From positions 128,898,001-128,962,000 of the forward strand of contig OX597817.1 of NCBI GenBank assembly GCA_951406725.2: a DNA stretch of 64,000 bases. The letters are read 5' to 3'. The position numbers were made by a program, and so were the translations under genes. The DNA is from Octopus vulgaris. Lineage: Eukaryota. Positions 13,790-26,849 of this stretch are shown here, piece by piece. The notes beneath the pieces were generated by a model. That model saw nothing but the letters and a program-made list of their open reading frames with translations. It was not told the origin of the DNA and searched no databases. The stretch's first letter is position 1; every line of letters begins with the position of its first letter.

Positions 13790-15810
13790 CACTGAAGGCA
13801 GCGAACTGGCAGTATCGGAAAATAAAAAGCAAAAACTAGCAAATGCTACGAAATACACGAAGATAATGGAAAGAGAGCGGAATTGTCGTCTCCGAGCGAC
13901 AGCACTTGAAGCAACAGCCAAACGGACTGCTGTCTTCGGATGCGTGAACATTTTCCAGTTCACGAGACTGGAAAATGCAAAGAGCAGCCAAGTGGAAAAG
14001 GCCTTGAAGGATATATGGCAGGGTATCGACCACGTAAGGAGAGCGAGGCAGTTTGGCGGAGCCGAGAACCTGTTTAAGACGGAGGAGCTTGCTATCCAGA
14101 ACTCGGTGGCTGCTCATCGTACCGAGGAAATCTTCCTCTTCCTAACGTACCTTGGAAGAAGGCCAGTACGAATTACGGTGCCAGGCATCCAGCTAGGTCT
14201 ACATATTTAGTGGATTCTCGCCTGTATTTGTGCAGACGGCGGCGAAAATCTCCTGGTTGTAAAAAAATCACGGAATGAGAATTGTGCTGGGACTACTCTG
14301 GAGGTGCTTCTCCATGTAAAACCGGAGCAGGTGGAGAGAGTATCAGGCTTGATTTCCTCCCCGAATGGAGCAGAGCTGAGAGTAAACATGGAGGGCAGGG
14401 GGCTGAGATGCCACGTTTGAGGATCGACGGGTCGCTTACGGGCTTTCTTCTCACACAACCAAAACAAAAGAGCAGAAAGAAAAGCCCAAATGCAGCCGAC
14501 ACAACCTTCGAGACAGCAAAAACAATAAGAACATCAACAACAGAAGAAAGACGTGGAAATAGAAGCAGGAATTGCATCCAAGGAGACAGAACAGGCACTT
14601 GTTACAACAAGGTGGCAGTGGGAGTAGTACCAGCAGCAATAGCGGAAACAACAGTGGCAGGAGCATCAAACAACAACACAAACCACAAGAGTACCAGAAC
14701 AAACGCAAACATGAACATCCGTAAGAGAATGTACCATTCACGTTGTCTTGCAATCTAACTCCTCCTTTCCCCTCTCTCTCAGGTTAACAGCGGCACAAAC
14801 ACATACATACCGTCTCCAACACTGAAGGGAGATGTACAAGACACTAGCTCCTCCACACACCAAAGCGATGATGAGAGGGAAGCCCAAAAGGCTAAAAGAC
14901 CGAAATAGAGACACAGGAAAAAGTCGAAAACAAGGAAATTGCGAATACAACGACAACACCAACATTACAAACACCACCAATAGGATCACAAGCACAACAA
15001 GCAATAAAAAGAAAAATTCCATCACAGCAACCAGTCGCACAACAGCGGAATTTTGTGGTAGTGGGGAGGGTCAACAAACATCTGATAGCACTCATAACAC
15101 GATACAAGAACATTCATTGAAACAGAGAGGGTGGTCTGCAGCCCCAACGCTTTTAGAGTGCCGGAGAGCTTAATGATGGTGTGCATGACGATAGAGACGT
15201 ATATGAATATTAAGGGAAGCTATCCTAACGACATAGGAACTCCCAGTGTAACGGCCACCAGATGGCTTTTAAGAGGATTCCCAGAGGAACCCAACCAACC
15301 AGACGATGGGAGAACCACTCGACCACCAACAGCACCGAGATGGTAAGTGACACCCGCTTTTTCTTTTCCTTATTTCCTTAAAGTAGGTTGTATAAACATG
15401 CGTGGCCGGGGGTCGTCCTGGAAGCAAGGTCGCTTGTGCAATGGTCTCGGGTCGCCTAAATTTGGATGTAATAGCCATCAGTGAGACCAGGATCGTGGCC
15501 ACACGCACCTTAGTACCCATTCTTCATGATTTTAAGATCTTTGTATCTCTTAGTCGATCAGGAATGGGAGGGGGCGGTTGGTGGTGTTGTTCAGAAAAGG
15601 CCTGGATCTTGAGATACGGTCGGTTTTCCTGAACCCGGGTAAGTCAGTGGTCCTGGACGTGAACGATAATGAAGGCAGTGCTTTTAGACTGGTCGCTGTT
15701 TATGCACTGACTGGATCGGGGAAGCCAGATTTCTTTAGACGTTTGAGGTTCTTTCTAGTAACGTCCCGCTCTTTAGTGTTAATGGACAACTGGAACACCA
15801 TCTTGGATGT
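13790..15810 (+). mobile_element. Tx1/L1-like LINE 5' half: degraded ORF1 and start of ORF2 APE endonuclease
   Basis: ORF1-like 13790-14340. From about 15378 LKVGCINMRG..., LDVIAISETR, FRLVAVYA, LVLMDNWNTILD are APE motifs with frameshifts. Cut by a SINE at 15811. Confidence 0.8.
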
Positions 15811-15960
15811 ACGTTCTTTTCACGTTCTGAGTTCAAATTACACCGAGGTCGACTTTGCCTTTCACCCTTTCGGGATGGAGAAATAAGTATCATTTACGCA
15901 CTGGGGTTGGTGTAATCGACTATCCCCCTCTCCCATTTTTCAGGCCTATAGTAGAAAAGA
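15811..15960 (+). mobile_element. 5'-truncated SINE family A followed by (CAT)n/(ATT)n/(GTT)n to 16140
   Basis: acgttctgagttcaaattacaccgaggtcgactttgcc. Confidence 0.75.
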
Positions 15961-15962
15961 TT

Positions 15963-16025
<63 letters not shown>

Positions 16026-16914
16026 GTCGTCGTCATCATCATCATCATCATCATCATCATTATTATTATTATTATTATTATTGTTGTTGTTGTTGCTGTT
16101 GTTGTTGTTGTTGTTATTATTAATACTATTATTATTATTACTGTTATTCATTTGGTTCATTATGTAAAAGTACGTGTGTATTCATCATTATTTTATTGAT
16201 TTTATTCAATTTTAGGAAAGTTGGAGCATATATCTTTGACAATTCCGGAACGTATTGAACTTATTTTTTTGCTTGACTTTTGGCCTACTCTGTATTTTCC
16301 AATTTATCCCGCAATCACAGTTTAGGTATGTGCACAATTACATATTTATACTTGATTTTTTTCTCTGTTTGTTTTGTCTTTTCGTTACTTTATAATTCAT
16401 TATTCTAGTTTCTAAAGACTTACCTGTTTCCTTCGTTTTTTTTACGTCTTTTGTCTCACGACTTTCTTTTCATATGTATGCTTATACATATCATTCCTAC
16501 TCACCTGTCTTACACGACTCCGCTTTTATATTTCTAAATAGATTATTTTCAATATACGTAACTATACTGCTTATATTTCTTTCTCTCTTGTCTTCAGTAA
16601 TCGACAAACACTCCTACTCATCCCTTCGCTTTATTTTGTACATAGCGGTTAGTCAATTATATACTTTTGTTTTTATCTTAACCTATCAAAGCCTAGCTAA
16701 ATGTCTAAATATCTTTATTGCTATGTTTTTATTCCTATATTTTCCTTATTGACCGAAAATCGGAAGTGAATAACTCTAACGATATTTGAGCGTCACTTTC
16801 CCACAAAATATGCCATATATGATGATGGTAGTTTCTCGTAGTCCGAGAAAGACGGTCCTACAATATCTTCCTGAGCAGCCTACACAAATTATTTGTTTAT
16901 AGTGATCAAATTTA

Positions 16915-17110
16915 TGTGCCGTGCATTAGCTTACTCTCTCCAACAAATCGACGTTGCTTGAACAGGTAGATGCACGGTGTACCACGCGTCAGATGTCGAA
17001 GTGATCGCAAAACAACGTGAGATGAAACGTTTAGCTCATGAACACAATGCAGCATCCGGCCTTGGAATTGAAACCACGACCTCACGATCGTGAATGAAAA
17101 CCCTAACAAA
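16915..17110 (-). mobile_element. Degraded tRNA-derived SINE (B-related; similar copy 54630-54830)
   Basis: B-box-like gtggtttcaattcc on minus; similarity to 25655-25980. Confidence 0.5.
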
Positions 17111-17202
17111 AATACTCAAACGCTTAAGATATGCCAGCCAATAGCTGTACGCTTGGTATTAGCAATCTCTTTTCTCTTTCTTGTTCACATTTAAGTATTT
17201 AC

Positions 17203-17244
<42 letters not shown>

Positions 17245-17357
17245 ACACGTGTGTGTGCGATTGAATTCAACAGACAATCACTGGTACACTTAACAAAGTT
17301 CTCAAACCCAAACTGCGTTACATAAAGTATGACGAGATTGTCTTTTAAATTTCTAGC

Positions 17358-17440
17358 AAAGAAGAAGAAGAAGAAGAAGAAGAAGAAGAAGAAGAAGAAG
17401 AAGAAGAAGAAGAAGAAGAAGAAGAAGAAGAAGAAGAAGA
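17358..17440. repeat. (AAG)n microsatellite
   Basis: Direct reading. Confidence 0.95.
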
Positions 17441-18736
17441 TTGACATCAGCAACAACGATCCTGGAATTAGAGTTCCCTCGTGTAACAGGTGCTCTGAAA
17501 ATGATAAAAAGAAATCTCAAGATTTACAAACATGCACAACTCACAAAATATCTTTACTATGCCTGCAGTTATATTACTTAGTGAACTTTCTATCCAATAG
17601 AAAAATAAATCCTGAAGACTGCAAATATAAAAGAGGCGCACAGATACGCCTGGTAGTTCAAAGAAAGCGTGCAATAAGAAAAATACAACTGGGAAATAAT
17701 AATTATAACTCCCAATATGATTTAAGAATACACAAATATATATGAATTATTCAAAATACTATATTTACTCAAGATTTCACAGAGATGAGTTTGGCTTTTA
17801 AGTAATAAAAAATTATGGGCTAATAAAAGAATAGTTTTAATAATAATAAGAATATTAAGTATTTTATTATAATATTTATATACTTTGAAATTGTATGCCA
17901 CAAAAAAACACACCTATATAAATACATAAATAAAAAGCAATACAAAAAAATGAAAAAAAAATACATAAATGAGAAAACTTCTAGTGTGTTTTGTGACTCA
18001 TATATGTAAAAAGGAGGTTGGTATTTCTCAGTATTAAACACACAGCTGACATTGTTGTGTGGTGATTATGTGGGAAATATAAGCGTGCACTCGCTGTTGA
18101 GATCCCATACATAACGAGTGCATTGCAATTAAAAAAAAGTAATGCTTTGTTTCTGTTGTCGCTGATGTCGTTGTTGTTGTTGTTGCCGTTAATGTTGTTC
18201 CCGTTGGTTTGATTCTTGTTGTTGCCATTGTTATTGTTATCCTACTTTCCCCTTGGTTTTTACAATCGTTTGTTGGCGTTTAGGTCCAGGTTAGTTCTGA
18301 TAGAGTAGCCCTTTGGACACTAACCAATAGCATTCTAGCCATGGCCAACCAGCCTTTGGTGATGTAGGTAGTGGTACTTTGTCTAATATGTCTGTGTCTT
18401 TTTTTTTAAGACAACAGGAAGTTTGAGGGAGGTTTAGCTTGCTATTTCTTAGATGTTGTTCGACAGTGTAGTGCAATAATTTTTAAATTGGGATAACCAG
18501 GTCTCCTGGAAGTGACGTATAGCATTTTAGTGAGTGCAATAAAGCAGGTAAGTATATATTTAACGCTTTTCAGAATAAAATTATTAACTAGCATTTGAAA
18601 GTAACTCATTTAAGCTCGCCAAAAATTCTTTGTCTGCTTCTGTAGATCTAACATTTAAGAGAATTATAACCAAAAATTTAACCTGTCTATTTGCAACGAC
18701 AGAGTTATGTGAATCTTGATTCACTTCTCTTTTCAG

Positions 18737-18787
18737 AATCCAGACAAATCAAGGAATTGGCTGAATTCACACGTAGACCTGCTAATG
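18737..18787 (+). CDS. Candidate 51-nt symmetric micro-exon (NPDKSRNWLNSHVDLLM or xSRQIKELAEFTRRPAN)
   Basis: Strong acceptor tcacttctcttttcag, donor ATG|GTAATC, length divisible by 3, two frames open. Confidence 0.4.
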
Positions 18788-19479
18788 GTAATCAATAAAA
18801 TCTTTCAAGTTTGGGGAAGTTAAAAATGAGAAGAAAAATAAAAGATATCATAGAATTTTCTATAATATATTATTTTATGAATTGAATCAAAATCTAATTT
18901 TTTTCTTTTCAAATTCAATTTGTTTGCTCAGTGCTGTACTTGGTTGAATTTAAAAAAAATAATAGCTGTTAGAATATCAACTTTTTATCTTTAAATATGA
19001 TTTTGCTTTTATAGGCGGGGGTCTGTCGGGCGCATAAGAAAACAGTGATTAACACCAATGAAAACACTCCATCGTAATTTTTTTAATTTCTCCAAATCGT
19101 CATCGATTTTGTCGTTCCAATCGATATCATCGTCATCATTCACCATTGCAATACTCTATTGGTCACTAGTGAAAGAAATCATTATAAATATTGTTATACT
19201 GAATTACTGGCGAATTGTCAGAGCAGAGTTCGGAAAAAAATGCTTCACGGCATTTGTACCGGCTCTTTACGCACTGATTTCAAATTCCATTGTGGTCAGC
19301 TTTGCTTTCAACTATAACAGATATCTGCTGAGCAACAAACAGTAACCTAACGCAGGCATTGAAGTGTAGTGTTATTGTCCAACACATCTTCCTATTCAGG
19401 TGCGCTTTTATTCTTGTATCAAGTAATCACAGAGGGAAGAGAAAAAATGTTTCCAGAATATAGATTGCAAGGACAAGAA

Positions 19480-20805
19480 ATTACGGAGAGTACGAGCTGT
19501 ATGGCTTAGCGCTACTTTTAAGATTTCGTATATGGTAGTTTTCCTAAGACTTATCCAAGGAGGCTACTGACTTTATTTTATGTGAATCTTAGTGCTCCAA
19601 TCACAAGTGGTATTGTTTACGTCTTTAGTGCTCCTGCTTATTTCAGATTCCAGGCGTTTATTTATAGCAAGTTTATCATATATTCATTGGCAGGTACATA
19701 TTTCTTAGATGATATTGTCATACACACAAATATACAGGTCTTGATTTTAGTTGACTTTAACAATATTTGGCTGTTAGCATTGTTTGTGTGATCAGTGTTA
19801 GCTGTAAAGTCGCAAAAAATGGTAATGTTACTTTCAACTACTGGTTTCGGTTGATATTTTTACCAGTTCTTCGCATGTTCAGCACCGACGCTTTTGCACA
19901 AAGTTCAGTGAATGTGTTGGCCAACTCTGTCCTCTCTAGTAGAGTATTTAGTTGGAGCCAGGGTTGGGCATTCAGATATTATATGGTGAATTTGTGTTTT
20001 TGTGGGCAACTCAAACTCTGCACTTAGGGCCTGGTCCGTTTTTGTGGGAAGTTAGCTTGATAATTTTTTGTGCATAGACTCTGGTCCTGGATGGCAAAAA
20101 TGAATCATTGTTTCAGCTTTCAACCCTGAACTTCGCTGCCACTGGTATGTTTGACATTGATCTTCATTAGCTTTATGCATGCTGAGTGGGTATTGGTCAT
20201 GGAGAGCTTCCTTGTTGCCATCGGTCTTCAAGGATTTTAGTCCTTTTGCTTTTATCCTATTCTGCGTGTCTCTGTTGATATAAGGTTGTCTTCGTTAGAG
20301 TTTTCTTTCCTGTAATGTGAAACTCTGTTTTGTATTCCTCAGTTTCTTTTTTTATGGAATGTAGTTTCTTCTGGGATTCATGTTCTCCCATAAATATCAT
20401 TATAAAATCATTAGTTTTGCTTCAGTACTTCAATAGACCACTTGTCAAGGTGCATTTTATTGTCATTTAGGAGTTTTCTAGCTTTGGCGTCCATTCTTCG
20501 TAGGCCAGATAGGTTCCAGCCCATGACATAGAAACCATATCAGGCAACAGGTACTGCTGAGGTGTTTGTAGTGTTTAAGCTGTTCTTGTAGTCCACTTCA
20601 ATTATCAGGACCAGCCCTACTTTTCTGTAGAGCTTCTTTTAAGTCGTCTCCTTCATTTATGCATAGTAAGACAATCACCCTCATTAATGCCAAGATACTT
20701 ATAAGTTCCTTGTGGATTAAGATCGTTTATAGTTTTTTCTAGGTCAAGATGAATAGATGATGTCAGTTTTCCTCTTTTAATTTTGCTTTTGCACACTTAT
20801 CGCAG
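19480..20805 (-). mobile_element. Degraded R4/Dong-like RLE non-LTR retrotransposon (RT C-terminus to RLE)
   Basis: Minus-strand remnants DKCAKA, TYKYLGINEG, TDHTNNANSQ, TIPLVIGAL, with many stops. Confidence 0.7.
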
Positions 20806-20829
20806 CTATTATTATTGTTGTTGTTAGTG

Positions 20830-20893
<64 letters not shown>

Positions 20894-20924
20894 CATTACT
20901 ACTACTACTACTGCTATTATTATT

Positions 20925-21695
20925 GAGTGACAGAGTAGTGCATGCCATCAAAGTGACATTGGTGTACAAATATACGAAGGCCAATATACCCGTGTGATAT
21001 GGGTACACCAGGCACATGCATCACAACCATTTATGCGCGATATGATGATCTCATATCAAGATAAACAGTGCATGAATTTTCAGGTGGGGCCCAGTTAGAA
21101 TTTTCTTCAGGTTGAGTAGCCTATCCCGCTCAAAAGGTCCTAGAATAAGGTTTTTTTTTTAAAGAATGATGAGAAAAAACACCCATGTTTTCAGAGGTGA
21201 ATTATTCAAACCCCTAACAATACCTCTCAACACATGCCTATAATCCTCCCCAATCACTTCAGCTCGTGATCACAGATGCACGTATCGTCAGTCACGAAGA
21301 GACATGCTCAACTGGTTAAGTTCAAACAACTGACAAGCAAATCGGTAGTATTGAGTAGAATATTCACTTTGGCCCACCTATTTTGCACCACGACAATATA
21401 TATACAAGATAAGGCGGTGAGCTGGCAGAAACGTTAGCACACCGGGCGAAATGCTTAGCGGTATTTCGACTGTCTTTACATTCTGAGTTCAAATTCCGCC
21501 GAGGTCAACTTTGCCTTTTATCTTTTCGGGGTCGATGAATTAAGCACCAGTTGCGTACTGGGGTCGATGTAATCGACTTCCCCCTCCCAAAGGTTTTGGA
21601 CCTTGTACCTAGAATAGAAAAAGAATACAAGATAACACTTCCAATCAGTTAAGATCAGGAGACATGAGAGCTAGTGCCTGGTATTGCATCAGGGC

Positions 21696-21700
<5 letters not shown>
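20925..21700. repeat. Unclassified interspersed-repeat-like segment between (ATT)n tracts, interrupted by a SINE
   Basis: Sequence is continuous across the SINE TSD and flanked by (ATT)n on both sides. Only one copy here. Confidence 0.35.
21413..21624 (+). mobile_element. SINE family A with 11-bp TSD
   Basis: TSD atacaagataa at 21402-21412 and 21625-21635. Confidence 0.9.
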
Positions 21701-21752
<52 letters not shown>

Positions 21753-21796
21753 CATCATCATCATCATCATCATTATTATTATCATCATCATCGTCG

Positions 21797-21865
<69 letters not shown>

Positions 21866-22234
21866 CGGTGTGTTTGTGACTGTGTGTATGTGAGTGTGTC
21901 ACTGTGTGTATTATTGTGTGTGTGTTTGTATATGTATAAAACTGAGCATACATGTCAATGAAAATATGTATGCAAAATTTCTTCCATATTGAAATTCATA
22001 CTACACGAAGAAGGATGTGAAACGACCGTAATCCTAAGGACGTAAACTGGTTAGTTAATGTGGCTAAAAAACATGGTTCACCTCTCATACTTATGACTTT
22101 GTCTATACCACGCTGATTCAATATCTGTGTTGTCGAAGACGCTAGCAAGTTTGTTGTCACCGTTTGTTGTTTGACTTGTTCAACCAAAAGCGCTTCAAAA
22201 CAAAAACTAAGACTTTGGTGCAAACGGTTCAAGA

Positions 22235-22572
22235 TTTGCATCCTCGCAGACTATTGCGCACTTGTAGCACACTCTCTTGAGGACATGCAATGGATTCTAA
22301 ACAACTTCTCGCGTGCATCGATGGCTTTTGGTCCGATCATCAGCATGAAGAAAACTGAACTTGTCCATCAGCCCCATTCGTGACCATCTTCATGCTGTTT
22401 CCCCTATTGTATATGTCGATGAGAAAGAATTAAAAACTGTCTCCTCCTTCACTTATCTTGGTTTCACTGTGTCCAATGATGCAAAGATGGATAAAGAAAT
22501 CGAGCCCAGAATCGGAAAGGTTAGCTCTGCTTTCGGTAAGCTCTATAACAAGCCATGGAACAGCCACGACGT
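22235..22572 (+). mobile_element. RTE (BovB-like) LINE reverse-transcriptase remnant
   Basis: LADYCALVAHSLEDMQ...FGPIISMKKTE, then frameshift to LKTVSSFTYLGFTVSNDAKMDKEIEPRIGKVSSAFGKL. Confidence 0.8.
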
Positions 22573-22597
22573 TATATATTTATATGTATATGAACAC

Positions 22598-22900
22598 GTG
22601 GAGGCGCAATGGCCCGGTGGTTAGGGCAGCGGACTCGCGGTTGTAGGATCGCGGTTTCGATTCCCAAACCGAGTGTTGTGAGTGTTTATTGAGCGAAAAC
22701 ACCTAAAGCTCCACGCGGCTCCGGCAGGGGATGGTGGCGATCCCTGCTGTACTCTTTCGCCACAACTTTCTCTCACTCTTTCTTCTGTTCGCCTGCTCGC
22801 TTAGCCAGCGGGGTGGCGTCATTTGAAGGCTAAAAAAACAATGCGAAGCGCATTGTGACCAGCGATGTGTAGCAACATCTGATAGCCTGGTCGGTTACGG
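22598..22900 (+). mobile_element. SINE family B, tail type 2
   Basis: Near-identical to 63383-63694 and the reverse of 51705-52005. Confidence 0.9.
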
Positions 22901-23504
22901 TATATATATATATGAACACGTGGACAAACGCAGATACGCACAAAAGCCACAGACCATCCAACTTTGATGGCGGTGTTTAAACGGCAAATATAATGCGCAC
23001 GCGCAGACACATGAACGCGCACACATATATACAAACAGGCATAAATACAAGCTCGTAGGCAAGCATATCAGAATAGTTAATACAATACAAATCCATGGTT
23101 ACATATACACACACATATTAAGCCATACATTTACACACGTATGTAGAAAACAAAAGCTTTTTGTTTATGGATAGTTTTGGCTAGTCATGCATATATTACC
23201 AACCATTCTATAAGTGTGTCAGCGTGAAATTGATGGGTGTATCGGTTTGAGTGTGTTTGTATGTGCATGCGTGTGTGTGTGTGTGTGTGTGTTACAGAGG
23301 GGATTTCTGAATATGTATCTGTGTGCGTGCGAAATATGTATATGGGTAGGTTGGTAGGGGTCTTTTTTCTGTGAACTAGCGTGTCTTTATAATCCAGTGT
23401 AATTAATAGAGTAAAAATCCCACGAAATTTACCCGCATCTTTTTGAAAGTAGCATTTCGTTTGTGACTTTCATGGGAAAAATAATAGTAATGAGTATAAT
23501 TGTG

Positions 23505-23505
23505 A

Positions 23506-23574
<69 letters not shown>

Positions 23575-23616
23575 AAGTAGTGGCGGCGGTGGTGGGGTGG
23601 TAGTAGTAGTTAGTTA

Positions 23617-23664
<48 letters not shown>

Positions 23665-23750
23665 TAGTAGTAGTAGTAGAAGTAGTGGCGGCGGTGGTGG
23701 GGTGGTAGTAGTAGTAGTTATAGTAGTAGTAGTAGTAGTAGTAGTAGTAG
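23505..23750. repeat. (TAG)n microsatellite with a duplicated gaagtagtggcggcggtggtggggtgg interruption
   Basis: The same interruption occurs at about 23574 and 23679. Confidence 0.9.
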
Positions 23751-24167
23751 GATGAAGAGGAGGAGGAGAAGGAGTCATTGGTTTCTAGTGTGTGTAGCAC
23801 AAGTTCTGAAATTTAGAGGAGGAACTACTCACTAAGCTCAACCTCAGTTTTTGACTGGTACTGTTTCATCCCAGCCCCGGGAGAGGAAACACAAAGTTGA
23901 CCACAATTGAAATCAAACTCGGATAATAAACTAGAACAAACAATAAAAGGTTATAACTTTTTTTTTTTTTACCGACGCCCTAACAATCCCGCCATCGTTG
24001 AACTGAATTTCGGCATGATGACAGTAAATTTGAAGAGCAGGCAATATTTTGATACTATCATCAAGCACTATCGTTGAAGGTATCGGCTAAACTCATCCCC
24101 TAAAATGGTGATCTTTTTCCCAAATCAGTAACCTTTGTTGTTGTGGTTATCTTTATTGTTGTTGTTA

Positions 24168-25035
24168 GGCGGCGAGCTGGCAGAATCGTTAGCACGCCGG
24201 GCGAAAGGCTTAGCGGTATTTCGTCTGTCGTTACGTTGTGAGCTCAAATTCCGCCGAGGTCGACTTTGCCTTTCATTCTTTCGGGGTCGATAAATTAAGT
24301 ACCAGTTACGCACTGGAGTCGATGTAATCGACTTAATACCTATGTCTGTCCTAGTTTGTCCCCTCTGTGTTTAGCCCCTTGTAGGTAGTAAAGAAATAGG
24401 TATTTCGTCTGCCGCTGCGTTCTGAGTTCAAATTCCGCTGAGGTCGACTTTGCCTTTCATCCTTTCGGGGTCGATAAATAAAGTACCAGTTACGCACTGG
24501 GGTCGATATAATCAACTTAATCCGTTTGTCTGTCCTTGTTTGTCCCCTCTGCGTGTAGCCCCTTGTGGGCAGTAAAAGAAATAAGAATCGTTAGCACACA
24601 GGACCAAATGCATGGCGCTATTTCTTCTGTCGCTGCGTTCTGAGTTGAAATTCCGCCGAGATCAACTTTGCCATTCATCATTTCGGTGTCGATAAAATAA
24701 GCACCATAGGAAAACTTGGTTCGATGTAATCGACTCATCCGCTTCCCCCAAATTGCTACCTTTGTGGCAAAATTTCGAACCATTATTATTGCTGTTGTTG
24801 TTCTCATTTTTATCATTAAAGTAGCGACCTCACAGATTCGTTAGCAAGCCGGGAAAAATTTCCAGCGGTATTTCATCCGTCTTTACGTTCTGAGTTCAAA
24901 TTCCGCCGAGGTCGACTTTGCCCTTCATCCTTTCGGGGTCGATAAATTAAGTACCAGAGAAACACTAAGGTCGATGTAATCGACTAGTCCCCTCCCCCAA
25001 AGTATCAGGCTTTGTGCCTATGGTAGAAAGGATTA
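24168..25035 (+). mobile_element. Cluster of SINE family A units (dimer 24168-24587, older copy 24588-24785, copy 24820-25035)
   Basis: Four repeats of the gagttcaaattccgccgaggtcgactttgcc body. Confidence 0.85.
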
Positions 25036-25654
25036 TTATTATTATCGATATAATAAAGCTTTTATGTTCATCGCTTTAATTGTTTCTGCAAAAGTGGTTA
25101 ATTGTTCAAATTTTTGACAAAACGCTTGTTGAAAAAACAACCATTATATAGGTGTTGTTGGTTTGTTCATTGGTTTCTATTTTGTTTTGGAAAATGTAAT
25201 TTAAAAAGCAAACATGTCCGCTCTCCTCAGACATATGGAGGAGGAAGTCAAATGTAGCTCTGATAGTGAGGTGTAGTACACGTCAGAGTTATTCGTCTTC
25301 AACCCTCAAACGGTAGGCGAGCTAAATACTCACCAACTTCAAAGTTCAGTGGACCACACTAACCATATGACAATTAACAGCAGCAACAATGACAGCAACG
25401 ACAACACAGCATGATAATTTGATTCCAAATATTGAGTTAATTTTCCCCAATGAAAGTGATGATACTTCAGATATTACCTAACAGCAACAATGCGACCACG
25501 AACACGACCACCACAAATGCCATCACCAAATGCAACAACAAAAATTATGATAGAAAGAAAAATCAAAAACAACAGTAACCTCGGCAACATAAACGGCAAC
25601 GATATTTCCACCGTGAATAGCAATAACGGCAGGAACAACAATAACAACAACAAT

Positions 25655-25980
25655 AGCACTCCGTCGGTTACGACGACGTGGGTTGCAGCTGATTCGACCA
25701 ACAGAACATTCTGCTCGTTAAATTGTCCTGCATGTGGTGGAGCATTCCACAGACACGTGTACCCTTAACATAGTTCTCGGGAACATTCAGTGTGGTACAG
25801 AGTGTGATAAGGTTGACCCACTGAAATACAAGCACTACTCCTTTTTGCTAGCTGAGTGGACTCGAGCAACATGAAAAAAAGTGTCTTGCTCAAGGATTCA
25901 ACGCGTCGCTGGGAATTGAACTCGCGATCTTACGATCTGGAGCCGAATATCCTAACCACTAAGCCACGCGCCTTCACAAC
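25655..25980 (-). mobile_element. tRNA-derived SINE sharing tail type 1 with 6998-7376 but with a different head/body
   Basis: Minus head gtgaaggcgcgtggcttagtggttagg, B-box gagttcaattccc, body ccttgagcaagacactt, tail cgtaaccgacggagtgc. Confidence 0.75.
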
Positions 25981-26114
25981 AACAACAGTACGTTCGTAGC
26001 AACGACTGCTGCAGGGAACTATATAGAATGGATAGAAAGGATAAGATCTTCGAGGGAGAGGGTGAGATTTTTGGCACCAGCATTGTTCAAGTGCCAAGAA
26101 CTCTTATGATAATA

Positions 26115-26462
26115 CAGTTCTATAATTAAGAGATGAGGAATTATGTACATTATTTACATTATTTACATTATTTACAATTGACGGATATTTATCCTCATCT
26201 TGTTTGTTGTTAACACAACGTTTCGGCTGATATGCCCTCCAGCCTTCATCAGGTGTCTTGGGGGACATTTCTAATTAGACTTGCTAATAGAAATTGAAAA
26301 AAATGTGGCATCTCAAAGCATCTACAGTACCAGTGATTATTAGTAGCCCGCGCTCTTATCCACTACGCTATATGCTCGTGGGCCCACGGGCATATGGCGT
26401 AGTGATTAAGATCACAGGCTACTAACCCCAAGATTCCCAGTTTGATTCTAGGCAGTGACCTC

Positions 26463-26509
<47 letters not shown>

Positions 26510-26562
26510 TAATAATAATATAAAAAAATAATAATAATAATAGCAGCAGCAGCAGTAGCAGC

Positions 26563-26617
<55 letters not shown>

Positions 26618-26782
26618 ATATCAACAACAACAACATCGAAAAATACCTTAGGAATGAGAACCCAAGTTCGAAATTTCCCAAGACACTTGACGAAGGCAGG
26701 AGGGTTTATCAGCCGAAATGTTGTGCTAACAACAAACAAGATGAAGACAAATATCCGTCAATTGTAAATAATGTAAATAATG
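26115..26782. mobile_element. Fold-back element: tRNA-like head + (AAT)n/(AGT)n + hammerhead-bearing PLE-type tail, head-to-head duplicated
   Basis: Arms 26145-26270 / 26670-26782; palindromic centre at about 26383; homologous to 55790-56423. Confidence 0.75.
26212..26257 (-). ncRNA. Minimal type-I hammerhead ribozyme motif (C3-G8)
   Basis: GACAC CUGAUGA A GGCUGG-AGGGCAUA-UCAGCC GAAA CG UU GUGUU: stems I and II pair, palindromic stem III ACGU. Confidence 0.75.
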
Positions 26783-26849
26783 AACCCTTATGATGTTGCG
26801 TATGCCGCTGGAAATATATAAAAGCATCAGAGAGAGCTTCGTCATGGCG

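Noticed and set aside
22850-22900. ctgatag in SINE B tail 2 as a ribozyme core
   Set aside because: Does not fit NUGANNA-stem-GAAA; a simple tail stem-loop.
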